In this document: positions 18,082 to 25,697 of the stretch, piece after piece
How positions within the stretch are numbered: position 1 is the first letter of the stretch
Layout: each line of letters opens with the position of its first letter
Translations under genes and position numbers: made by a program
NCBI GenBank assembly: GCA_002686295.1
Contig: NZBB01000038.1
Span: 1 to 32,000, forward strand
Length of the DNA stretch: 32,000 bases
Source of the DNA: Candidatus Woesearchaeota archaeon
GTDB taxonomy: Archaea > Nanobdellota > Nanobdellia > Woesearchaeales > GCA-2686295
Reading direction: 5' to 3'
The notes under the pieces: generated by a model
What the model was told of the DNA's origin: nothing
The model's database searches: none
The model's input: the letters and a program-made list of their open reading frames with translations, nothing else

Positions 18082-19043
18082 TTGAAATCCTCATTAATAG
18101 TTTTTACAAAATCTATCTTTGAATGACAATGCTCAATGCATCTGCCACAACCAGTACACATGCTTCTTTTAAATTTGTCTTCGAAAAACTGTACTTTATG
18201 CAGAACTCTGTGCCTATATTGTTTCAATCTTGTATCTCTAAAAACATGTCCTCCAGCCACTTTTGTAAAGTCTTTTGAATGACATGAATCTATTTTTCTT
18301 TTTCTATTGCCATTTCTTGTTGAAGGATTAATATTATCAAACATGTCAAAACAAAAACAGGTAGGACACAATATTGTACATCTTTGACAGCTAACACATT
18401 GTTCTGAATCATTTTCCCAATAATTATCTGCAAAGAAAGGCCACAAGTTTTTTTTGTCCAATTTTTTTCTTGTTTCTGGCAAAGGATAATCAAAATTTTC
18501 TTCTGGCAAATATTTAACCAACTTTTTTCCAGTTTCCGATAACACATCTATATAGTAATCATTCTCTCTCTCGTGCAGAAGTAAGTCATAAGATTCTTTT
18601 TTCAAATCCATTGAACTACAGAAACAATGCTGTGATGGGGGTGTTAAACAATTAACTCCGACAACAATTATGTTTTCTCTTCTATACTTATAAGCTTCAT
18701 CAGGATATTCATGATCTAAAAAAAGCTTGTCTAGAATTGATAAACCATTTATATCACATAATTTGGCTCCAAAAATTATTTTTTTCTTTTCATTGCTGAA
18801 AAAACTTTTTTTTCTTTTTAATTCTTTTGTCAAACCATTTCTTATCTTCAACAAAATCTCTTCGTTAGGCAAAAAAAATTTTTTTAACGGAAAGAATGGA
18901 TTTCCTTCAAGTTTTATATCTTCAACATCTTCAATTTTCTGAAATCTTAACATATCAGTCTTAACAGGCGCTATCAGCTCTCCAGCATTTTTAAACTTAA
19001 TAAGAAAATTCTTATAATCCTCTTTTTTCAAAACCCTTCCCAT
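18078..19043 (-). CDS. hydB: Hydrogenase beta subunit: 4Fe-4S ferredoxin-domain protein (AsrA-like)
   Basis: 'CVSCQRCTILCPTC' and 'CTGCGRCIEHC' are cluster motifs. ATGA overlap with hydG. The beta-gamma-delta-alpha order matches Pyrococcus-type hydBGDA. Confidence 0.85.
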   Translation of the reverse strand: MGRVLKKEDYKNFLIKFKNAGELIAPVKTDMLRFQKIEDVEDIKLEGNPFFPLKKFFLPNEEILLKIRNGLTKELKRKKSFFSNEKKKIIFGAKLCDINGLSILDKLFLDHEYPDEAYKYRRENIIVVGVNCLTPPSQHCFCSSMDLKKESYDLLLHERENDYYIDVLSETGKKLVKYLPEENFDYPLPETRKKLDKKNLWPFFADNYWENDSEQCVSCQRCTILCPTCFCFDMFDNINPSTRNGNRKRKIDSCHSKDFTKVAGGHVFRDTRLKQYRHRVLHKVQFFEDKFKRSMCTGCGRCIEHCHSKIDFVKTINEDFK

Positions 19044-19066
19044 CCAAGAAAAACTAATCTTTTGAG

Positions 19067-19076
19067 TTTATATAAA
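19067..19076 (-). promoter_or_regulatory. TATA box of the hydBGDA operon
   Basis: TTTATATAAA is centred about 28 nt upstream of the hydB ATG (19043). It is preceded on the coding strand by ACAAAAAA and followed by AACTC. Confidence 0.45.
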
Positions 19077-19088
19077 TTTTTTGTCTTT

Positions 19089-20264
19089 TTACTTCTTGCC
19101 CAAATATAACCTTTCAATCTTTTCTTTTCTTGCAAACTTTTTAAGAATATCTTTTATCTCACTATTAAATTCATTGTTTTCAAAAGCCTTTTCAAGTTTA
19201 AAAGAGTCTAACCTTGAGAATTCATTCCATAAATCAAGTTTTTTTACAATCTCAACAAATTTCTGAAAGACAGGATCAGTTGTTTTTGGAAATTTATCGC
19301 ATTCCTTTTTCCAGATCTTTACTCTTTGTTCTGAACCAAAAACAGAATTTACTTCTTCTTTTTCTCCAAAAGAAACTATTCTGTCCTTTAATTCTTCAAG
19401 TCTATGTTTTATATTTGATTCTTCTAATTTTAATTTAGAGTATTCATCAACAAGCTTTACACCATCTTCATCTTCTGGTTTCTTCTCTTTTTCAACTTTA
19501 TATTGATGTTTCCATTCAGGACACATTGGTTTGAATTCACACCAACCACATAAAGTAGAAACTTTTGAAGGAAAATCTCTACAAGATTCTATTTCTTTTA
19601 TTGCATCAATAGTTATGGCTCTTAATTCACTAAGTTGTTCATCTGTTCTTTCAGAAATAATCTCTTTATCAAAAGCCACGTAATGCCATATAAGATTAAC
19701 TTTTTTTGCATCTTTGTACAATTCTTTAATAGCAATCGCATATAAAGCTAATTGTCTATCCTTATCTGCATATTCTTGAGTCATTAACGTAGATGCAGTC
19801 TTATAATCATGAACTTCATACACTTCTTCCTTTGAGTCAAGTCTGTCTATATATCCCTGCAATTGATACACGCCATATTCATCAAGTTTTATATGAACTC
19901 GTATTTCAGTCCCTATAGTAGTTGCTTGATCAAATGGTTTGTAATGATTATAGTAATCTGATACAAACTTCTTAGCCATATCAAGATAGTTTTCTTTTGC
20001 GTATTCTTTTTTTACAATTAGAATCTCATCAGTCCATTGTTTTTTCCATTCAGACTCTAAGAATTCAAGAAGATCTTCTTTTGTTGGATTTTTTTGATAC
20101 TTCAAATCAACATATAATTTTTCTAATGTGTCGTGAACTCTGCTTCCCATAAAAGCTTCAACGGTTGCTTTTATCTCAGGTTTAAGCTTATCAATATATT
20201 TGTATTTAAATTTTAGTTTGCACTGCTCAAAAGTAGAAATCCTTGAATGAGAATAAAGAGTCAT
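19089..20264 (-). CDS. Cas4/RecB-family PD-(D/E)XK nuclease with 4Fe-4S Cys motif and ~130-aa C-terminal extension
   Basis: 'FEQC' plus 'CGWCEFKPMC' (CX2CX5C) supply the cluster cysteines. 'GYIDRLD', 'VHDYKT' (D..DxK) and 'QLALY' (QxxxY) are nuclease motifs. The track start at 20282 is TTG; ATG 'MTLYSHSRIS' is at 20264. Confidence 0.75.
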   Translation of the reverse strand: MTLYSHSRISTFEQCKLKFKYKYIDKLKPEIKATVEAFMGSRVHDTLEKLYVDLKYQKNPTKEDLLEFLESEWKKQWTDEILIVKKEYAKENYLDMAKKFVSDYYNHYKPFDQATTIGTEIRVHIKLDEYGVYQLQGYIDRLDSKEEVYEVHDYKTASTLMTQEYADKDRQLALYAIAIKELYKDAKKVNLIWHYVAFDKEIISERTDEQLSELRAITIDAIKEIESCRDFPSKVSTLCGWCEFKPMCPEWKHQYKVEKEKKPEDEDGVKLVDEYSKLKLEESNIKHRLEELKDRIVSFGEKEEVNSVFGSEQRVKIWKKECDKFPKTTDPVFQKFVEIVKKLDLWNEFSRLDSFKLEKAFENNEFNSEIKDILKKFARKEKIERLYLGKK

Positions 20265-20300
20265 AAAAATAGTTAATAACAAATCCTTTTTATGTTTAAC

Positions 20301-20696
20301 TCATGAATGTCCAGTGCTTAATAGTTTTATTAATTCATGTTTTAATTCATGTTTTGCTTCTTCTTTATCATAACCAATGGGGATTCCTATTATCTTAACC
20401 CTTTTGATTTTCCCAAGTTTTTCCATTAATCCCAAAAAGAAAGTAACATCAAAATCATGCAATGAAAACATTCTATGAGGGTTAAGCAACTTAAGATTAT
20501 CAAAAATCTTTATTTCATCAATGTCTTCAACAACATCCATTATGTAATCAAATTTTTTCTCAAGTATTTGTTCTGGAGAAACACATTTAATAAATTCAAC
20601 ATTTTCATCAGACAATTCAACAGATAATTCATCAGACAATTCAACTGCTAAAGAATCACATTCTAATAAAGGATTTCCAAACACCAACACTATCAT
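20301..20696 (-). CDS. Hydrogenase maturation endopeptidase (HycI/FrhD-like)
   Basis: 'VLVFGNPLLECDSLA' corresponds to GNxxxGDDGxG. 'YIMDVVEDIDE' corresponds to the DAxD region. 'FSLHDFDV' carries the conserved His. 131 aa. Confidence 0.7.
   Translation of the reverse strand: MIVLVFGNPLLECDSLAVELSDELSVELSDENVEFIKCVSPEQILEKKFDYIMDVVEDIDEIKIFDNLKLLNPHRMFSLHDFDVTFFLGLMEKLGKIKRVKIIGIPIGYDKEEAKHELKHELIKLLSTGHS
20593..20645. repeat. In-frame 24-bp tandem duplication inside the protease gene
   Basis: TTCATCAGACAATTCAAC occurs at 20604-20621 and again, 18/18 identical, at 20628-20645. A partial AATTCAAC lies at 20593-20600. The region encodes VELSDELS/VELSDENV. Confidence 0.8.
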
Positions 20697-20734
20697 AACA
20701 AAATATATAAATACGTTGGATTTTAAATCTTTTT
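20697..20734. promoter_or_regulatory. Divergent promoter region with two TATA-like boxes
   Basis: ATATATAAAT (20703-20712) is centred about 28 nt upstream of the EamA ATG (20735). TTTTAAAT (20721-20728) is centred about 28 nt upstream of the protease ATG (20696) on the other strand. Confidence 0.4.
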
Positions 20735-21634
20735 ATGAAAAAAGGTTTTTTGCTGGTTTTATTAACTGCAATTATTTCTGGAGTGTCTATATTTCTTAAT
20801 TCATTCGGAGTTAAAGGAATAAATCCTTTTATATTTACAGGCATGAAAAACTTTATTGTCGGAATGCTGTTACTTTCAATAATATTATCTTTCAAATATT
20901 TTAATGAGCTTAAAAATCTAAAAAGAAAAGATTGGCAAGATTTGATTTTGATTGGATTCATAGGCGGAAGCATTCCTTTCTTGTTATTCTTTAAAGGATT
21001 ACAGCTCATTAATGGCGTGCAAGCAGCTTTTGTTCATAAAACAATGGTTGTATGGGTTGTTTTTTTAAGCATGTTTCTTTTGAAAGAAAAATTGGATAAA
21101 AAAATAGTGTTTGGAGCAATGTTATTATTAACAGGAAATTTTTTAATGTTAAAATTATCCTCTTTTGATTTAAGCTTTGGACTATTGCTTGTTTTTTTAG
21201 CAACTGTTTTTTGGTCTTTTGAAATAATTCTTTCTAAGAAAGTTCTTAAAAGATTATCTGGGAATATCGTTGCTTTAGGAAGAATGTTTTTTGGTGCTTT
21301 ATTCATATCTATATTCCTTATTAGTACAGGACAAATTAGTTTGGTTTTAGATCTTGGTTTATCTCAGATTGCATGGATTTGTTTGACATCTCTGTTCTTA
21401 TTAGGTTATGTTATGACTTTTTACAATGGTTTGAAATTAGTTAGTGCTTCAAGTGCTGTTGCAATACTATCACTTGGATCTGTTATCACAACAATTTTGA
21501 AATTAGTATTTTTAGATGCAGTGGTTTCTTTTTCTCAAATAACAGGAATGATGTTATTAGTTGTTGGAATATTAGTTTTTACAGTAACTATTGAGAATTT
21601 GAAGAAGTTTTATTCGATTTTCTCAACTGCATAA
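20735..21634 (+). CDS. EamA/DMT-superfamily transporter
   Basis: About 10 TM helices arranged as two repeated 5-TM halves, with Gly-rich helix ends typical of EamA. 299 aa. Confidence 0.75.
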   Translation: MKKGFLLVLLTAIISGVSIFLNSFGVKGINPFIFTGMKNFIVGMLLLSIILSFKYFNELKNLKRKDWQDLILIGFIGGSIPFLLFFKGLQLINGVQAAFVHKTMVVWVVFLSMFLLKEKLDKKIVFGAMLLLTGNFLMLKLSSFDLSFGLLLVFLATVFWSFEIILSKKVLKRLSGNIVALGRMFFGALFISIFLISTGQISLVLDLGLSQIAWICLTSLFLLGYVMTFYNGLKLVSASSAVAILSLGSVITTILKLVFLDAVVSFSQITGMMLLVVGILVFTVTIENLKKFYSIFSTA

Positions 21635-22101
21635 CCTTGATGTATTGTAACTACATCCCCTTTTTCAGCTTCTGGAACAAGATCTGCAAGCACCTCTCTT
21701 TTCATAGAATTATACTTTACTGATAAAAACCTCCCTTCTTTCTTAACAATCTCTGCTTTGTAAACTTTACAAAAATTTCTAAAAGTCTTTGGAAAATTTT
21801 TGTAATTTCCTTCACCCCTATCTATATATTCATTATGTTCATCAATGAAGTAATGCCTTATAACTTCTGAATCCCAAACACATTTATTTATTTTATCAGC
21901 AACTTCACTTATTCTTCTAAAAGCAGCAGGAAACAATTTCAATAATCTTTCTCTGTGCACAGTTTTTCCTTCCAAAACATCTTTTTGTAATTCTTTAAAC
22001 TCTTTTTTTGTTATTTGATTGTTGCATAACAAAGTGTTTGCACACGGAAAAGCATATTTTAAGAAATAATTTTCCGGAGAATCATTTTTTATCTGTTTCA
22101 T
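21610..22101 (-). CDS. HypC/HupF-like OB-fold domain fused to an unrecognised ~110-aa N-terminal domain
   Basis: C-terminal 'GDVVTIHQGYAVEKIE' matches the HypC 'GDxVLVHxGFAI' hallmark. The upstream 'FCKVYKAEIVKKEG' aligns with the HypC 'MCxxxPGxI' position. The N-terminal part carries 'FPCANTLLC'. The GGAG-preceded ATG at 22101 is preferred; the track start is 22164. Confidence 0.55.
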   Translation of the reverse strand: MKQIKNDSPENYFLKYAFPCANTLLCNNQITKKEFKELQKDVLEGKTVHRERLLKLFPAAFRRISEVADKINKCVWDSEVIRHYFIDEHNEYIDRGEGNYKNFPKTFRNFCKVYKAEIVKKEGRFLSVKYNSMKREVLADLVPEAEKGDVVTIHQGYAVEKIE

Positions 22102-22297
22102 CCCAGACTCCAATAATTTTTCTAGCTTCATCTTTAGGTAATTTCTCCATAACGAATTTTGCATTTACAATAACATAATCTCCTACTTTTGAATCTTTTT
22201 TTAAAGCAATTGAAGCAGTTCTTTTTTCTCCCTGATAATCTATGATTGCTTGTTCTCCTTTTATTGATTCAATTTTCCCCGGAACTGAAAAACACAT
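22082..22297 (-). CDS. hypC: Hydrogenase assembly chaperone HypC
   Basis: N-terminal 'MCFSVPGKI' and 'VGDYVIVNAKFVMEKL' fit the family. 71 aa. It directly abuts the hypA stop. Confidence 0.8.
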   Translation of the reverse strand: MCFSVPGKIESIKGEQAIIDYQGEKRTASIALKKDSKVGDYVIVNAKFVMEKLPKDEARKIIGVWDETDKK

Positions 22298-22624
22298 TTA
22301 TTCAACCTCTACATTTCTCAATATTATTTTATCGCCATCCAATATTTTTGGCATCATAGCATTACATTTCGGACATCTGAAAACATTATGGTCATGACCT
22401 TTTTCTACTATAACTGGTGCACCTTCAAAATTACATTCTTCGCATTTAATTGTTGCTTTTTTTCTAACTATCTTGATATCCCAATCAGTTAATGTTTTAA
22501 GAACTTCTTCCATCTTATTAGCAGGTAGATGTCCTAAGTCTCCAACTTCAACAACTATGCATTTTATTTTTCCGTGTTTTGCTGCTTCATCTATTATTGT
22601 TTTTGCAATTGTTTGTTCGTGCAT
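22298..22624 (-). CDS. hypA: Hydrogenase nickel-insertion protein HypA
   Basis: The N-terminal 'MHE' Ni site and the 'CEEC...CPKC' Zn site are present. 108 aa. Confidence 0.85.
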   Translation of the reverse strand: MHEQTIAKTIIDEAAKHGKIKCIVVEVGDLGHLPANKMEEVLKTLTDWDIKIVRKKATIKCEECNFEGAPVIVEKGHDHNVFRCPKCNAMMPKILDGDKIILRNVEVE

Positions 22625-22629
22625 TCTAT

Positions 22630-23826
22630 TTAGATTATCCTGTTTATTTTTTTAATTTCTTCAATAAATAACTCCACTTCTTGCTCTGTATTATAAATGT
22701 AAAGTGAAGCTCTTACACTTCCCTGCAATTTGTGTTTGTTAAACCACGAATGCACACAATGTGCTCCGCTTCTAACCATTATATCTGCAGAGTTGTCAAG
22801 CAATAAAGCAACTTGATGAGAATCCATTTTTTTAAGATTAAAACTTGTTATCCCTCCACGTTTTTCAGCCTTAGGACCAATAATTTTTATGTTTTCAAAC
22901 TTTTGTAAACCATCTGTCAATTGCAATGTCAGTTTTGTTTCATGTTTCTCAATATTTTTCATGCCAATTTTTTGCAAATACTTGGCTGCTTCTGCAAATC
23001 CAATTATACCTGCATAATTTTGCAATCCTGCTTCAAATCTTTCTGGAATCTCTTCCCAAGTTCTTTTTTTGAAAGTTGTATCCTTCACTGTTTCTCCTCC
23101 TACGATAAAAGGATTTAGTTCTTCAAGCAAAACTTTTTTTCCATACAAAGCACCTATTCCACTAGGACCAAGCATTTTATGACCTGAAAATGCTAAGAAA
23201 TCAACATCTAGCTTTTTAACATTTAAATGATGATGAGGTATTGACTGTGCTGCATCCAGAAAAACTAAAGAATTGTTTTTATGAGAAATTTTTATTATTT
23301 CTTTTACAGGATTAGTGACTCCATCAAGATTTGATGTATGAACTATCGCAGTTAATCTCGCATCTTTAACTTTTTTTTCAAAATCTTCAATGTTAAAAGT
23401 GTTGTCTTCATTAGAATCCAGAACTTCAAGTTTTATAATCCCTTTATCTGCCAATAATTGCCATGATAAAAGATTAGAATTGTGCTCTTTATCAGTTATT
23501 AAAACCTTGTCTCCTTTTTTGAATTTGAAAGACTTGGCAACCAGGTTTATTGCCTCAGTAGTGTTTTTTGTGAATATTATCTCTTCTTTTCGTTTAGCGT
23601 TTATGAAATTTCTTATAGTGTTTCTGGCAAAACTTACTTCTGTTGTTGTTTTATTCCCTAATCTATGCATACTCCTGCCTGCACAAGCAGGAAATTCATA
23701 ATAATATCTATTTATTGCTTCAACAACTTGTTTTGGTCTCAAAGTCATACATGAATTATCAAAATAAACAATGTTCTTTTTCAAAATAGAAAAATCCTTT
23801 CTAATCTTATCAACCTTTAACCTCAT
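22630..23826 (-). CDS. sufS: Cysteine desulfurase, SufS/CsdA-type (class V aminotransferase)
   Basis: 'FSGHKMLGPSGIGALYG' carries the PLP Lys and 'RSGAHCVH' the catalytic Cys loop. Confidence 0.85.
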   Translation of the reverse strand: MRLKVDKIRKDFSILKKNIVYFDNSCMTLRPKQVVEAINRYYYEFPACAGRSMHRLGNKTTTEVSFARNTIRNFINAKRKEEIIFTKNTTEAINLVAKSFKFKKGDKVLITDKEHNSNLLSWQLLADKGIIKLEVLDSNEDNTFNIEDFEKKVKDARLTAIVHTSNLDGVTNPVKEIIKISHKNNSLVFLDAAQSIPHHHLNVKKLDVDFLAFSGHKMLGPSGIGALYGKKVLLEELNPFIVGGETVKDTTFKKRTWEEIPERFEAGLQNYAGIIGFAEAAKYLQKIGMKNIEKHETKLTLQLTDGLQKFENIKIIGPKAEKRGGITSFNLKKMDSHQVALLLDNSADIMVRSGAHCVHSWFNKHKLQGSVRASLYIYNTEQEVELFIEEIKKINRII

Positions 23827-23848
23827 ATATAAAACGAAGAATAAAGAG

Positions 23849-23856
23849 TTTATATA
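23849..23856 (-). promoter_or_regulatory. TATA box upstream of sufS-hypA-hypC transcription unit
   Basis: The coding strand reads ACAAAAAC-TATATAAACTC. The box is centred about 26-27 nt upstream of the sufS ATG (23826). Confidence 0.45.
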
Positions 23857-23897
23857 GTTTTTGTGACAAAAGAAAAATAAAATAAAAAAATAAAAAA

Positions 23898-25586
23898 TTA
23901 TCCACAGGCACCAGAAGGAACTGCTTGTCGTGTTGGCTCTTGAATTTTTCCTTCACACTCTATAGGTGCATTTTCAAAAGCAACACATAAACTTCCTAAG
24001 TATCCATTTGCAGTTCTGGAGCCACTATATTTATCTCCATCTACAAATATTGAAGGACTTCCTCTAACTCCAAGAATATCTCCCAGTTCTTTATCTGCAC
24101 TCATTAATTCATATCCTTCATTTTTTTCACAGGAAGATATTTGTTCAGTATCTAAATCAAGAGATTCAGCTACATTTACCCAGCAAGTATCTGCATTTTG
24201 ATCACTACATTGATTATTCATTGCTAATGCAAAACTAAACCATTCATCCATTCCATAATACTTTGCAGTACATGCTTCTCTTATATCTTGATTTAATTCT
24301 TGTATTCCATGCATCGAACAAATTTTATTTTCCTCATCCATACAAAATTCAGGATACCCACTTCCATAATTGCTGTATATTACATAATGTGGCTTAAAAT
24401 CTGCTTTATTTTTTAATTCTTGATATGCTGGCTCAATTGCTTCCTCGGCTTGATTTCCGTATGGACAATAACTCATAATAAAAAAGTCTATCTGAGGTTT
24501 ATTGTCGCCTTTCACAACACCTATTTTTGCGTATGAATCAGCTCTTTTTTCTTCACTTATAAACCATGTTGCACCAGTAGTTTCATCTCTTAATCTGAAT
24601 CCACTACCTGATTCTTTGAAAGCAGCAACTATCTGAGTATTTGTATTCCAAGTACTTGTTTCTGTAACTTTCGAATCAAAGATATATGATGGAAGATATA
24701 CTAATTGATGTTCAGCTATTAATTGTTGACCTTCATCACTATCTGCCTGTACTGTTCTAAATCTCACACCAGGGAATAATTGTTTGGAAACGGATAATAT
24801 TTGTGTAGTATCACAGCTCGTACAATCATCTGATGTTAAAACAATAAGTTCAAAAGATACTGGTTTTGGAATATCTGAGCATCCTTCAATCTCATAGTTT
24901 AATTTACTGCAAATTTCCCTTGCAAAGTCCATCTCAGACCTTCCACCTGCATAAGGTTGTTTATTAAGATAAATAGTTGGACTTGAAGATGCACCTACTT
25001 TGTTTGTCTCTGCCTCACTTGCTCTTAATAGTTCTGTGCCTTCATCATTAATACAAGAATCAACTTTAGAAGTATCTATTCCTACTTGTGAAGCACAACT
25101 ATTATACTGCGATTCTCCTGCTCCGTAATTCTCATTGAAACAAAGAAGGTAATCATACAATAGTTCTGGCTGGTTTTCTTTTATACATAACTGTCTAATA
25201 TTTTCATCAACTTCAGGTTGCCCATGCAAACTATTAAATCTTACTCCTTGAGAATTAACAATATAATAAATGTTTAATGCAACATCTTCTCCTAATCTTT
25301 CAACTGCTTTTATAGCTTCACTCTCTGCTTGAGCACCATAAGGACATTGGCTCATAACATATAAATCTAAAACTGCATCTGCATCCGAATTAGATGTTTT
25401 AGAAATATTTGATTCATTTGGAATGAATAAAAACCATGCAACTATTGCCACTAAAACTATTAGTCCTACGAACGCATTTTTATTTTTTGCAAAAGAAATA
25501 CTTTTTTTCACATGTCGTCTTTTCTTAACTATTTTTTTTGTTGATTTTTTAGAAACTTTTTTTTTTAATCTTGATTTTCTTGGCAT
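23898..25586 (-). CDS. Membrane-anchored extracytoplasmic protein with three thioredoxin-fold modules (two paralogous DsbA/GILT-like CPYG modules flanking a CTSC module)
   Basis: A basic tail and one TM ('FVGLIVLVAIVAWFLFI') form the anchor. 'YVMSQCPYGAQAE' and 'FIMSYCPYGNQAE' each carry 'HG..E...N.R..C' and a 'SSPTIY'/'GSPSIF' cis-Pro loop. The middle module has 'LTSDDCTSCD...LPSYIF'. The ATG at 25586 with an upstream GGGTG is preferred over the TTG at 25610. Confidence 0.65.
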   Translation of the reverse strand: MPRKSRLKKKVSKKSTKKIVKKRRHVKKSISFAKNKNAFVGLIVLVAIVAWFLFIPNESNISKTSNSDADAVLDLYVMSQCPYGAQAESEAIKAVERLGEDVALNIYYIVNSQGVRFNSLHGQPEVDENIRQLCIKENQPELLYDYLLCFNENYGAGESQYNSCASQVGIDTSKVDSCINDEGTELLRASEAETNKVGASSSPTIYLNKQPYAGGRSEMDFAREICSKLNYEIEGCSDIPKPVSFELIVLTSDDCTSCDTTQILSVSKQLFPGVRFRTVQADSDEGQQLIAEHQLVYLPSYIFDSKVTETSTWNTNTQIVAAFKESGSGFRLRDETTGATWFISEEKRADSYAKIGVVKGDNKPQIDFFIMSYCPYGNQAEEAIEPAYQELKNKADFKPHYVIYSNYGSGYPEFCMDEENKICSMHGIQELNQDIREACTAKYYGMDEWFSFALAMNNQCSDQNADTCWVNVAESLDLDTEQISSCEKNEGYELMSADKELGDILGVRGSPSIFVDGDKYSGSRTANGYLGSLCVAFENAPIECEGKIQEPTRQAVPSGACG

Positions 25587-25646
25587 TAAAACACCCACTT
25601 GATTTTTCAAAAAATTTATCTGAAGATAACATAAAAAAACAAAGAG

Positions 25647-25654
25647 TTTAAATA
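25647..25654 (-). promoter_or_regulatory. TATA box upstream of the triple-module oxidoreductase gene
   Basis: The coding strand reads ACAAAAAT-TATTTAAACTC, the same extended motif as at hydB and sufS. Confidence 0.4.
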
Positions 25655-25697
25655 ATTTTTGTAATAAAAATAAAAAAATAAATAAATTTTAAAAAAT

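Noticed and set aside
12823-19438. Antisense or overlapping ORFs within copA (12823..14907 set), hydD/hydG/hydB (16803..17194, 17336..17539, 18290..18547, 18727..18942) and the nuclease (19081..19438)
   Set aside because: They are embedded in strongly supported genes and are low-complexity. 18290..18547 is an alternative frame of hydB with no support.
20656-21009. 117-aa minus-strand ORF overlapping both the protease 5' end and the EamA 5' end
   Set aside because: It lies antisense to a well-supported 10-TM transporter gene and spans the divergent promoter. It has no motifs, and both neighbours have better-supported starts.
23898-25610. Impression that the triple-module oxidoreductase gene is less AT-rich than its neighbours (possible horizontal acquisition)
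   Set aside because: This is an impression only and was not quantified. The gene carries the same promoter motif as hydB and sufS. The acidic, Cys/Gly-rich ectodomain composition could explain the shift, and there are no flanking repeats or mobility genes.
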